Shown one piece after another: positions 28,381 through 38,094 of a stretch of 64,000 nt of DNA. This DNA comes from an uncultured Gammaproteobacteria bacterium (GTDB taxonomy: Bacteria > Patescibacteriota > Microgenomatia > CAYXHB01 > CAZYTL01), in assembly GCA_964650355.1 (NCBI GenBank), contig CAZYTL010000001.1, positions 85,552-149,551 on the forward strand, read 5' to 3'. Made by a program: the position numbers and the translations under genes. The notes under the pieces are model-generated. The model did not search any database and was not told the DNA's origin. It worked only from the letters and a program-made list of their open reading frames with translations. Within the stretch, counting starts at the first letter, position 1; each line of letters begins with the position of its first letter.

Positions 28381-28443
28381 ATTTTAACCTTTTGTAGCTG
28401 GCTGTCAAGCAGCACTTGACAAAATTGAATCTATTGATAATAT
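28381..28443. promoter_or_regulatory. Back-to-back divergent sigma70-like promoters
   Basis: Plus strand: TTGACA(28416-21)-N16-TAATAT(28438-43). Minus strand: TTGACA(28408-03)-N16-TAAAAT(28386-81). Confidence 0.55.
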
Positions 28444-28513
28444 AAGCTCTAATGTATAGAGAATTATCTCTCCTTAGCCTTCTTAGCTTGCTCCTCCTTG
28501 AGGAGTAGCTAAA

Positions 28514-28582
28514 CGTGGGGAGAGACGTATTCTTTTTAATTCACTTTTATCAATTCACCTCTCCCCAGGAGAGGTTTTTTTA
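28514..28582 (+). promoter_or_regulatory. 5' leader attenuator: ACCUCUCC/GGAGAGGU hairpin + U7, upstream GGGGAGAG copy
   Basis: gtGGGGAGAGacg (28517-24) ... cACCTCTCCccaGGAGAGGTttttttt (28557-81), then ATG at 28608. Confidence 0.55.
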
Positions 28583-28607
28583 TTGCTAGAAAATACATTA
28601 CTCGCTT

Positions 28608-29870
28608 ATGGCATTTAATACAGATGAGACCAAGAATCATTTGTTTTCCGGCTGGTGGAACGATGTGAGCAGAAAATTTCCCCAACCCGTACATCAAGAT
28701 CAATCAGCTCGGGAAATACTAACTACTGCTCGTCAAGAGGCGCGACCGGTAGCTTTATTAATGGTTGGTTGTTTAAATTGGAGACAGGCTGAGTACGATC
28801 CAGAAAATAATTGGATAACTGCGTTGGATTCCCAAAACAAAAGACTTCAAGCCACCAGGGATCGGATTGCCAGTTTAGTATCTGGGTTACATTCCTTTGG
28901 AATTCCCACTCAACAATTTTTAAGCTTATCTCGCTTAGAAGCTGAGACTCTTACCTTAGGTACTCTGGGAAAGAGTGTCGTTAACACTCCCGAAGAGATC
29001 AGGGCGGTTCAAGAAAAGAGCATCGATACTGCTCATCAACTTTTCGCTGAACGGGGAGTAGCCGTCACTTTTATAGATGATACACAAGTGTTTATGCGTG
29101 AACATCATGCTGATAGCATCTCGACACTGCAAGAAAGGCTCATAGGTGATGGGGACGGTATAAGTGGCTTTTATACCGGTATGTATGAAAGTTTAGTAAG
29201 ACATCTTCCTCCAGAAGCACTTAGTAAGACCATGGAACAGACAGATCAGACTCCAGCAGGCATTATCTGGCTAGATCTAATGTCACCTCTTGCCGGACCT
29301 CATAGAGCCGAACTTTTGGACATGGGAACACGGTATAGACCAGAAATGCCAATTATTACTCCTTCCGCCAACTCGGGTAAGTGGTGGACACCTAGGACTA
29401 GAGAAGCAATGTTTCCCGACAAACTAGATTTTATTGGCCGCAGGCTAGGAATATCTACCTATCCGGGAGCTTCTATTGGGGAAGAAGATCTTATTAGAAT
29501 AATTCCTAAATTAGGAAGAACCAAACTAGCAAGATTTTTCGATGTTCCAAGGGATCAAATCAACAGAGGGGATGCTATCGACAGAATCTTTGAAATATCA
29601 GGGGTCAGAAACTCAGCTCAAGAAGCAACGCCTGATGACGCTCCGTACACCGCAGAACCTGGCGACAATATCCTTGGTGTTTACAAAGAAGTTACCGGAA
29701 AAAGTACCAATCATACGATTAAAGATCTCCGTAGGGGTATTTGGGCAGAAATACCTGTTGATGGAAATCCAGAGAGGAAACTAATTAAGGATGGTCGGAT
29801 CCCTGTTCAGCCGGGAATGAGACTAAATACCGGTAGAAACCAATGGACTTTGATTAACTTTCCAGAATAA
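28608..29870 (+). CDS. Hypothetical protein (420 aa)
   Basis: Long ORF, first gene of the plus-strand operon. Confidence 0.5.
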   Translation: MAFNTDETKNHLFSGWWNDVSRKFPQPVHQDQSAREILTTARQEARPVALLMVGCLNWRQAEYDPENNWITALDSQNKRLQATRDRIASLVSGLHSFGIPTQQFLSLSRLEAETLTLGTLGKSVVNTPEEIRAVQEKSIDTAHQLFAERGVAVTFIDDTQVFMREHHADSISTLQERLIGDGDGISGFYTGMYESLVRHLPPEALSKTMEQTDQTPAGIIWLDLMSPLAGPHRAELLDMGTRYRPEMPIITPSANSGKWWTPRTREAMFPDKLDFIGRRLGISTYPGASIGEEDLIRIIPKLGRTKLARFFDVPRDQINRGDAIDRIFEISGVRNSAQEATPDDAPYTAEPGDNILGVYKEVTGKSTNHTIKDLRRGIWAEIPVDGNPERKLIKDGRIPVQPGMRLNTGRNQWTLINFPE

Positions 29871-29872
29871 AT

Positions 29873-30907
29873 ATGAATACCAAATTAATTACTGACATTA
29901 GAGATCTGCTAATCAAGATGAAACTTGAGGCTGTGGTCATTTATTCGGGGAGCTCTGACGATCGTTTTATGAAAGCCATCGCTGGAACGCCGTCATTATT
30001 AGAAGATTACGTTTTAATTACACCTAAAAACGCTTTCATTTCTGAGCCAAGATATATAACGGCTTATACCAGACGCAAAACCACAATCCCTATTTTGGAT
30101 GCTCCAAGCGAAAGACAACTTATAGAACCCTTGATCGCCGTTATCGGAGGTCACAAAAATATTGGGATTGCAGGGAGTTGTAGATATCAAGATATTGTCA
30201 GCCTTAAACCGAATCAAGTGACAGATATCACTTCCCAAATCAACAAATTGTTAAGACATAAATCCGACTCTTATATTAAAAAACTAAAAAAGTTAGCCAA
30301 AAGTACTTCTCGAATAATGGAATCTCTCGCGATTAAAACAGGCGATCAACAATCAAAAATTGCTCAAAAGCTACACACCGCAGCTATTGAGTTAAATGGT
30401 GATTTAGCTTTTCCGATCTGTATCACCAGTGGCCGTGATCTGGAAACTAGTACCAGTACTCCTGCTAGTGCAAAAGTAATAAGAAAAAACGACGCTGTTT
30501 GTATTGATATGGGGATAAAGAGCGACATTTATGCCACCGACTGCACCAGAATGTATTTTATTAACCATCCGAACAAGAAAGCCCTCTATTTAGGAATCGT
30601 TAAAGCTCATAACGAAATTATAGATAATTTCATCAGACCTGAGAGGACTTTCAGAGAAATTATTGATGAGTATCACAGAAAATTTAAAAACCACCGCCAT
30701 ATTAAAGAAATTAGAGAGTTAGGTATTGGACATGGTATTGGCTATGGGCTTCATGAATATCCTGAAATTGCAGAAGTAGATAAAGAACCCGTGGGTACAA
30801 ATATTGTCTTCACCCTAGAGCCGACTTTTATCACTACCATGGGAAGATTTAGAGTTGAAGACATGATCAGCGTTGATTCTCAGGGGGTAGTTAGCAAGTT
30901 AACTTAA
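29873..30907 (+). CDS. M24-family (creatinase/prolidase 'pita-bread' fold) metallopeptidase-like protein
   Basis: D...D (CIDMGIKSDIYATD), H (GHGIGYGLHEYP) and E (FTLEP) in M24 order. Paralog of 31919..32944. Confidence 0.65.
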   Translation: MNTKLITDIRDLLIKMKLEAVVIYSGSSDDRFMKAIAGTPSLLEDYVLITPKNAFISEPRYITAYTRRKTTIPILDAPSERQLIEPLIAVIGGHKNIGIAGSCRYQDIVSLKPNQVTDITSQINKLLRHKSDSYIKKLKKLAKSTSRIMESLAIKTGDQQSKIAQKLHTAAIELNGDLAFPICITSGRDLETSTSTPASAKVIRKNDAVCIDMGIKSDIYATDCTRMYFINHPNKKALYLGIVKAHNEIIDNFIRPERTFREIIDEYHRKFKNHRHIKEIRELGIGHGIGYGLHEYPEIAEVDKEPVGTNIVFTLEPTFITTMGRFRVEDMISVDSQGVVSKLT

Positions 30908-30912
30908 AATAT

Positions 30913-31869
30913 ATGACAATTACAACATCCGAAACGCGGCGATTTCGAGGGCTTCAATGGGAGTTAGCGCCCCCTATAGGGGATAACGGTGCTGGCAAAG
31001 TGAACACTTTACCAGAGAGTACTATCGGCTATCTTGCTGACCAAATTGATGCCAGATTTACATTACCGGGAAGTGCAAAAGGGGGATTACAAAATTTAGA
31101 CAGATTACGTTTACTTGGTGACCGTTTACCTGTAACAGTCGTACTTTGCCCCTTGTACTTAAAAGCAGGTGGATTTGTAACTAGAGAGTCAGGTTTAACC
31201 ATCGAAGACAGCCGAATAGGAATAAAATGGCGGGAACAAGAAAAGATGTTAGATTTACTTGGCGCGGTAACTGAGAAGGAAGGTCTGAAATTAGATCCCA
31301 GATTTACTTTTGCCGATAGAGGAGTAATTGTTCCTGAAAGCCCAAATGGGAAGCTTGCCTCTATATTAGCCTATCATCAGGATCTTTATCAAAGTAGACT
31401 TGACGGCTTATTCCCAGAAGGTTATCAACTAGACACCTTTACCAGTTTAACAGACCAATACCCGACTATCGCGGGTGATTACCCCCGTTTTATAATTCCG
31501 GATGGAATACAAGACCAGAAGTACGTCCAAAGTCAAGAACCTACTACAATAGCTGCTCTTCAAGACTTAGTAGACAGAGGACTTGTTGAATCTAATGATG
31601 TATTCAGGGTTAATCCAGCAGGTGAGAAAGAATTACTAAAACGCGTTAGAAACCGCCTAAGAGGTTTAGTAAAGTTTGGTGGATATAATCTGGCATTAGA
31701 ATTTGTCCGTCAATATCACACTTTCAACAATGCCCTTGTAGCATCTAATCCCGAACATGGTTTGCATACCTACTTTGAACGCGTTGATTATCTTCTGACT
31801 TCGATGAATACTTTGGCTCGGAGATCTCCTGCTGCCACTAATCCCCGAGTAGAAGTCCTCTGTAAATAA
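30913..31869 (+). CDS. Hypothetical protein (318 aa)
   Basis: ORF between the two M24 paralogs. Confidence 0.5.
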   Translation: MTITTSETRRFRGLQWELAPPIGDNGAGKVNTLPESTIGYLADQIDARFTLPGSAKGGLQNLDRLRLLGDRLPVTVVLCPLYLKAGGFVTRESGLTIEDSRIGIKWREQEKMLDLLGAVTEKEGLKLDPRFTFADRGVIVPESPNGKLASILAYHQDLYQSRLDGLFPEGYQLDTFTSLTDQYPTIAGDYPRFIIPDGIQDQKYVQSQEPTTIAALQDLVDRGLVESNDVFRVNPAGEKELLKRVRNRLRGLVKFGGYNLALEFVRQYHTFNNALVASNPEHGLHTYFERVDYLLTSMNTLARRSPAATNPRVEVLCK

Positions 31870-31918
31870 GTTGAGCAATCCATAGAATTCAAAAGGGGCG
31901 ACTAGAAAATAGATTAAA

Positions 31919-32944
31919 TTAGGTTATTTTTATAACTTCTTTCTTTGAATTGACCGCAATCATATCTTCAATTCTCATTCTGCCGTACGGGGTAATAAAA
32001 GTAGGCTCTAAAGTAAAAACTATATTCTTACCGATTTTCGAACTACCTGACTCCACATTTGGTTTTTCATGAAGTGCGAACCCTATCCCGTGTCCTAAAT
32101 CAGATTCCATCACTTCTTCAATCTGATGATATTTTTTTGAAAAACGACGATATCTTTGAATAGTTTCATCAAATCTTGTATTGCTTGTAAGGCTGTCAAT
32201 TACTTTATTGTGGATCCGAATTATTTGTTGATATAAGCTTTCAGCTTTTGGTTGATTAACAAAAAACATTCTTGTGAAATCAGTTGTATAAATTGAATAT
32301 TTAACTCCCATATCGATACAAATCATGTCTTTAGCTCCAATAATTTTATTACTCGCCAAACAACTGGTAGAAATTTTTATATCCTGGCCGCTGGTGATAC
32401 AAACAGGAAAAGCTAACTGTAAATTTCTGTTTATAACTTTCACCTGCAACCTTTTACTCAATTCCAATTGATTTATAGAAGAAACTACCTGGATAGACGT
32501 TAAAATCTTATTCGTAACTCTTGCATACCGTTTCAAGTTGTTAATATAATCATCACTTTTATATCTCACTACATCACTAGCACTAAGGTTTAAATCTATT
32601 GTTGATTTAGGTTCCAAACTAACTATATCTGGATATTTACAATTACCCACGATACCAATCAATTTGTTTGTCCCGATTATAGATTTAATACCATTGATCA
32701 CTTCATTTTCACCCTCTACTGAGACAATATTTAAAGTTGTCCTTTTTTTTAAATCAGCTACTAAATAACTCGCTTCTGAGATGCTTATACTATTAGCAGT
32801 AACCACCAGATAATTTTGCAATACTGAATAAGTACCACTAAGTGCTTTCATATACCTGTCGTCATATGCGTTAGCATAAACAACGATCGCGTCTAGTGTA
32901 TATTTTTTAAGCAGCCTTTGAAATTTTTGAATGTAATAATTCAT
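31919..32944 (-). CDS. M24-family metallopeptidase-like protein (paralog)
   Basis: CIDMGVKYSIYTTD, LGHGIGFALHEKP and FTLEPTFIT align with 29873..30907. Confidence 0.65.
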   Translation of the reverse strand: MNYYIQKFQRLLKKYTLDAIVVYANAYDDRYMKALSGTYSVLQNYLVVTANSISISEASYLVADLKKRTTLNIVSVEGENEVINGIKSIIGTNKLIGIVGNCKYPDIVSLEPKSTIDLNLSASDVVRYKSDDYINNLKRYARVTNKILTSIQVVSSINQLELSKRLQVKVINRNLQLAFPVCITSGQDIKISTSCLASNKIIGAKDMICIDMGVKYSIYTTDFTRMFFVNQPKAESLYQQIIRIHNKVIDSLTSNTRFDETIQRYRRFSKKYHQIEEVMESDLGHGIGFALHEKPNVESGSSKIGKNIVFTLEPTFITPYGRMRIEDMIAVNSKKEVIKIT

Positions 32945-33999
32945 AAGCCGTATTCACTAGCTTCATCAGCTATGGTTTCTAAAGATTTACCTAAATAAGG
33001 CACCTTTACTGCCCCGTCACTCAACAGTACAAGATTGTGAAAAGGTCTTAATATTGATGTTCTAGGTCGGGAACCACCATCAGGATAATCTAAATTATAC
33101 GCATAAAATTCCTTATGCCCAGGATTTAAAGGTCCCGGTATAGTATCTAACATGACTACGTCTCCCTTGTGTGTCAACTTTGTTCCAAACAAAGTATTAC
33201 TAAAGTCTTGGAGGTGATCGCCTGTTGCTGCAACTAATCCAAAATTTTCATCGACCACTCTCTGTATAATTTCTTCCCTTGTCGTGTACCCTCCCCAGGC
33301 ATATTGAAGCCATGAACCATCTGCTTCTACAGTAGTCCTTAGTAATCCTGCCCAGCGATTATCACCCTCAGCCATTATTCCTCTCAGCTGAGAATTCCAC
33401 CAATCCCAGTGATGATAAAAGCCATCAACTTGTACTTTGCTTTCTGGATGTGCAACAATATCCGTTAATTTTACAACCTTAGTAGACATAGGGATATCTC
33501 CATTAAAAGAACGCTGGGATAACCCGTGAGATAGTAAATTTGTGATAGTTTCAACGTTACGGCAGGTAGTTAAACGAATATGTTCTTTTAATTCTTCTGC
33601 TGATCTACCTCTATGGTCAAGATTTAATGGACTAAATAATTGCTCACTCATACCGACATCAACTAAAACTATTCCGAGATTAAACGGGATACCTAAGAGA
33701 TTTAAATCTAATAATCGACTGGGTAGTTCTTCATGTAATAATACATAACCACGCCTTAAACCATATCCAGAACTGTCCCACACCATTTCATTGTGAACGG
33801 TAGGTCTACGTACTCCATCTATTTGATAAGTTTCATAATTAGCACAAATAGGAGAAACTAATGGAGCTGGAATTCCAGACTCTGCGGCCTGGGTTAGTAT
33901 ACGCACCGCTTGATCAGGATATTCAAATCTCTCTTTGGAAAGAGACTCCTTTTGCCATCTTTGAATAACAGCTTCAATTTCTAGTTGTTTATTTGACAT
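32941..33999 (-). CDS. Hypothetical protein (352 aa)
   Basis: ORF with a 4-nt overlap onto the downstream M24 paralog. Confidence 0.5.
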   Translation of the reverse strand: MSNKQLEIEAVIQRWQKESLSKERFEYPDQAVRILTQAAESGIPAPLVSPICANYETYQIDGVRRPTVHNEMVWDSSGYGLRRGYVLLHEELPSRLLDLNLLGIPFNLGIVLVDVGMSEQLFSPLNLDHRGRSAEELKEHIRLTTCRNVETITNLLSHGLSQRSFNGDIPMSTKVVKLTDIVAHPESKVQVDGFYHHWDWWNSQLRGIMAEGDNRWAGLLRTTVEADGSWLQYAWGGYTTREEIIQRVVDENFGLVAATGDHLQDFSNTLFGTKLTHKGDVVMLDTIPGPLNPGHKEFYAYNLDYPDGGSRPRTSILRPFHNLVLLSDGAVKVPYLGKSLETIADEASEYGL

Positions 34000-34015
34000 A
34001 ATTAATGTTTATCCA

Positions 34016-34096
34016 CTAAAAAAACCTCCTTTTAGGAGGTTTGTGATTTAATAATTGTGGTTTAGTTTTATTTATCTTCTGCCACAAACCTCCGCT
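34016..34096 (-). promoter_or_regulatory. 5' leader attenuator: CACAAACCUCC/GGAGGUUU hairpin + U-run, with upstream GGAGGUUUGUG copy
   Basis: Minus strand: gcGGAGGTTTGTGgc (34081-95) ... tCACAAACCTCCtaaaaGGAGGTTTttttttag (34046-16), then ATG at 33999. Confidence 0.55.
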
Positions 34097-34261
34097 TCTT
34101 TAGTTAAAGAAGAAAAAGAAGGTCTGGAAAGCAAAAGAGTTTGATTGCATACTGATCTGTAGACTTATTATGGGTGATAATACTAGATTCGGAAACAGTG
34201 TCAAGTATTAAAATTGACTTAAACGGCACTTAGACAATTATGTTTTTGAAATCTTTACACT

Positions 34262-34891
34262 TCAATTAATAAAAGTAAACAAATCTGATTCAGGGAACCT
34301 GATTTTGCTGGCCTTAGGCTCTGATTCACGATACCCGATGGCCAATAACACCACGGTCTGCAGGTGAGTTGGCGACTTTAACCACTTGGCTGTCAGATGA
34401 GGATTAAATCCTTCCAGCGGACAGCAATCGATCTCCAATTCCATACAAGCAGCCACGGCAAACCCCAAGGCAATATATGTCTGCTTGGCAGCCCAAGCCA
34501 ATTTTGCTTGATGGTCGTGAAAATTGACCTGCATGGCCGCTTGAGTACCCTTTTCCAGAGCAAGCTTTTTAAATCGATCCAAAAAATGCTCGCCTGCCTG
34601 GAGATTCACGTACTGAGTTACTCGGTGATGAAGATCAGTTCTGGCGCAAAACACCAGCAAATATTGACAGTCGCTCACCTGGGATTGCAGCCACGACCAT
34701 AATTTAATTTGTTTCTGCAGGTTGCGGTTGGATACCACATAAACGTGATAGGGCTGAATCCCGAATGAGCTGGGAGCGTATTGAATTGCCTTCAAAATCT
34801 GCAGCAAATCTTTCTTGGTGACTGGCTTTTTCCGGTCGAACTTTTTAGTGGCGAATCTCCAGTCTAGTTGACTTAAAAACAATTTAGGCAT
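34262..34891 (-). CDS. Nitroreductase family protein
   Basis: LQILKAIQYAPSSFGIQPYHVYVV and a C-terminal G...R pattern of NAD(P)H nitroreductases. Confidence 0.7.
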   Translation of the reverse strand: MPKLFLSQLDWRFATKKFDRKKPVTKKDLLQILKAIQYAPSSFGIQPYHVYVVSNRNLQKQIKLWSWLQSQVSDCQYLLVFCARTDLHHRVTQYVNLQAGEHFLDRFKKLALEKGTQAAMQVNFHDHQAKLAWAAKQTYIALGFAVAACMELEIDCCPLEGFNPHLTAKWLKSPTHLQTVVLLAIGYRESEPKASKIRFPESDLFTFIN

Positions 34892-34906
34892 GCAAAATCT
34901 GGTTAT

Positions 34907-36112
34907 TTACGATTTGAAAACCCGGTAAACCGCTCCGGCTTTATCATCGGAAATATAAAGGGTGCCCTGGTTATCAAACTCCAAATCCACCGGCCTTCCC
35001 AAGGCAGATGAACCTTGAAGGAATCCGGTGATAAAATCTTCGCTTCCTGAAATTTGATCTCCGTTCATCTTCAGACGCACTACCTTGTATCCGTCAGGCA
35101 CGGATCTATTCCAGGATCCGTGGTAAGCCACCAGCAAATCTCCCTGCCAGTCATCAGGCAATTGGGGAGAGTTGATAAACACCAACCCCAGAGGTGCTGA
35201 ATGGGCCGGGATGGCAAACACCGGAGGAATTTTGTCCGCACACGGATCTCGGATATAAGTATTTTTGTCAAACGCTGTGTCGTGAATATTGTTGCCGTAA
35301 CAAATTGGCCATCCGTAGTCTCCGTTTTGTTTAATTAAATTAATCTCGTCAGGGGGCAGGTTGTCGCCTAAAAAGTCCCGACCCATTTCCGTAGACCACA
35401 ACTCATTCCCTTGCTGATTAAAATTGATAAACACGGCGTTCCGTAATCCTTTGGCGTACAGTTGGGGAGTGGCCCCTTCTTGATCAGACACGATAATGGC
35501 AGCCAGGAATGGGTCTTTTTCATAACACACATCACAAGTCGACCCAATTGATACAAATAACCTGCCTTGACTATCAAAAGCCAATGATCTGGTAAAATGG
35601 CGTCCCCCCGAAGGTAAATCAAACAACTTTTTATCCAACCTTGCTTCCAGCAGATTTTCATCCCAGAAATATCTGCTCACCTTGGTTTCTTCAGCCACAA
35701 ATAACATCCCGTTAAAAAAGGCCAAGCCGTGAGGATTTCTTAATCCTGACAACGCCGTTTTGCTTTCATCAACCTCTCCGTTGTCGTCTTTGTCAGGCAA
35801 GGCCAGGACTTTTCCTGCCTTAGTTACCGAAACCAGTAATGTGCCTTGAGGCGACATTTGCAAATCTCTGGCCGGTCCCAAATCTTTCGCAAACACCGAA
35901 ATTCCCATTCCTTCAGGCAATCGCAAAGGAAAATTTACGGGCTGGCCCAAAGGTTGTTTCTTAGGTTGAACAGTCACTTGCTGGATGATTTCCGGCAAGG
36001 ATTTCTCAGGAGGCAACATCACCGGCCGTAAATCTCCTATTGACTGTTTCGCCCACCACCCTAGTCCGGCGATTAAAAATACTATCCCGAGAACCAATAA
36101 ATATCTTTTCAT
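34907..36112 (-). CDS. PQQ-dependent soluble sugar (aldose/sorbosone) dehydrogenase-like beta-propeller
   Basis: N-terminal signal/TM. GLRNP, ELWSTEMGRD and NGDYGWP motifs of the SGDH/YliI family. Confidence 0.7.
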   Translation of the reverse strand: MKRYLLVLGIVFLIAGLGWWAKQSIGDLRPVMLPPEKSLPEIIQQVTVQPKKQPLGQPVNFPLRLPEGMGISVFAKDLGPARDLQMSPQGTLLVSVTKAGKVLALPDKDDNGEVDESKTALSGLRNPHGLAFFNGMLFVAEETKVSRYFWDENLLEARLDKKLFDLPSGGRHFTRSLAFDSQGRLFVSIGSTCDVCYEKDPFLAAIIVSDQEGATPQLYAKGLRNAVFINFNQQGNELWSTEMGRDFLGDNLPPDEINLIKQNGDYGWPICYGNNIHDTAFDKNTYIRDPCADKIPPVFAIPAHSAPLGLVFINSPQLPDDWQGDLLVAYHGSWNRSVPDGYKVVRLKMNGDQISGSEDFITGFLQGSSALGRPVDLEFDNQGTLYISDDKAGAVYRVFKS

Positions 36113-36216
36113 GACTGATTCTCATTATACAGGAGCGAATCATTTAACTTTTCCTGCACATCCATCATTAGCTTACTCTCAGCTTTTTTTCAGCAAACTG
36201 ATATAATTTCAATTAA

Positions 36217-36894
36217 ATGCGCATACTAGTGGTCGAGGATGAGCACAAAATCGCCAACTCCATTAAAAAGGGCCTGGAACAGGAATCTATGGCCGTGGAC
36301 GTGGCCTATGACGGCGAGGAAGGGTTTGGCTTTGCCTCTACTGAGGAATATGATGTCATCGTTCTGGACCTGATGTTACCCAAGATGGACGGTTTAGAGA
36401 TTTGCCGACAGTTAAGGAAAGAAAACATCCACACTCCGATTCTCATGCTCACTGCCAAATCCCAGCTGGATGATAAAGTCACCGGTCTGAATGCCGGCGC
36501 CGATGATTATCTGGTTAAACCCTTTGCTTTCGCTGAACTATTAGCCAGAATCAGGGCGCTTGCCAGGAGGCCCAAGCGCCAACTGGATCCGGTGTTGACC
36601 GTCGGGGACCTAAATCTTAATCCCCTGACCTTCGAAGTCACCCGGGCAGGGAAAACTCTCAAACTATCTAGAAAAGAATTTGCCTTACTTGAATATCTGA
36701 TGCGCCACCCGGATCAAATTTTAACCAAAGACCAGATCATTAACCATGTGTGGAATTATGACGCTGACATCTTACCCAATACCGTGGAGGTCTATATCGG
36801 ATACTTAAGAAATAAAATCGATAAACCCTTTAAAAATAGTGAGGCCTTAATCCATACCGTCAGAGGGTTCGGGTATAAAATGTCATTAAAATAA
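36217..36894 (+). CDS. OmpR-family response regulator
   Basis: REC domain (VVEDEHKI...D...LDLMLP...K) plus winged-helix domain (VRGFGYK). Confidence 0.9.
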   Translation: MRILVVEDEHKIANSIKKGLEQESMAVDVAYDGEEGFGFASTEEYDVIVLDLMLPKMDGLEICRQLRKENIHTPILMLTAKSQLDDKVTGLNAGADDYLVKPFAFAELLARIRALARRPKRQLDPVLTVGDLNLNPLTFEVTRAGKTLKLSRKEFALLEYLMRHPDQILTKDQIINHVWNYDADILPNTVEVYIGYLRNKIDKPFKNSEALIHTVRGFGYKMSLK

Positions 36895-36942
36895 GAGAAC
36901 ACCAGATCACTGGATCAGGGTGTTTAATGATTTCCTATTTTT

Positions 36943-37974
36943 ATGTTTCATTCGGCCCGCATCAAACTTACTGCCTGGTATCTGCTGATCATCATGGTGA
37001 TTAGCCTGCTCTTCAGTGTGGTCATCTATGCCGGAGTATCCCGGGAATTAGAACGGGGTTTTCATCGCGTGGCCATCGGAATGCGCATGCCCGGATTCGG
37101 TTCTACTTTTCTTCAGTTGATGCCTGAACAATTTGCAGACATCAACGCTCAATTGGAAGAGGAACTGGAAGCGGCTAAACACAGAGTTATCTGGAATTTA
37201 GTAATCATCAACGGCTTCATTTTGGGATTTTCCGCGGCCGCCGGGTATGTTTTAGCCGGAAAAACCCTAAAACCGATCGAAACCGCTTTGGAAGAACAAA
37301 AAAGATTTGTGGGTGACGCTTCGCACGAATTGCGCACTCCTCTGACCGCTCTGAAAACCTCTATCGAAGTAGCCCTCAGAGACAAACACATGAACCTCAA
37401 ACAAGCCAAGGACACCCTTCACAGCAGTTTGGAAGATATTGATAGTCTGGAATCGCTCGCCAACAATCTCTTAAGTCTGACTCAATACCAAACCGGCCAC
37501 AATCACTTTGATTTCCAAGACGTGAATATCCGGGAGGTCATTCAAGATGCGGTGAAAAAAATCACTCCTTTGGCTAAGAAAAAAGGCATCGAGCTTAAAC
37601 TTGACCTCATTGACCAAACTATTCCTGCGAACAAACAAAGCTTAGACAAACTACTGCTCATCTTGCTGGACAATGCCGTCAAATACACCTCAAAAGGCGG
37701 TCAGGTTACCCTCAGCACTCAAACCAGGGGCAGATATCTGCTCCTGAAAATCAAAGACACCGGCATGGGCATTTCCCAGCAGGACCTGCCCCATATTTTT
37801 GACCGGTTTTACCGAGCGGACCAATCGCGATCCAAACATCAGGTATCTGGATTTGGCTTAGGCTTGTCTCTGGCCAAACAAATCGTCCACCTCCATAAAG
37901 GTTTCATTAAAGCTGATAGCCTAGTAAACAAAGGCACTACCTTCACCATCAAATTGCCTCTTCACCACTCGTAA
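36943..37974 (+). CDS. Sensor histidine kinase
   Basis: TM segments, HisKA H-box HELRTPL, and HATPase_c motifs (DNAVKYT, GMGI, GFGLGL). Confidence 0.9.
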   Translation: MFHSARIKLTAWYLLIIMVISLLFSVVIYAGVSRELERGFHRVAIGMRMPGFGSTFLQLMPEQFADINAQLEEELEAAKHRVIWNLVIINGFILGFSAAAGYVLAGKTLKPIETALEEQKRFVGDASHELRTPLTALKTSIEVALRDKHMNLKQAKDTLHSSLEDIDSLESLANNLLSLTQYQTGHNHFDFQDVNIREVIQDAVKKITPLAKKKGIELKLDLIDQTIPANKQSLDKLLLILLDNAVKYTSKGGQVTLSTQTRGRYLLLKIKDTGMGISQQDLPHIFDRFYRADQSRSKHQVSGFGLGLSLAKQIVHLHKGFIKADSLVNKGTTFTIKLPLHHS

Positions 37975-38094
37975 ATACCAGAATAGGAGCCAGAATCTCT
38001 TCTAAGCGTTTTCTCAATTTGCTTGGGTATATTCACAACAGGTTTCCCAATCACTGATCATTAACAGCATTTTCCAGAACGGAGGTGAATATAC

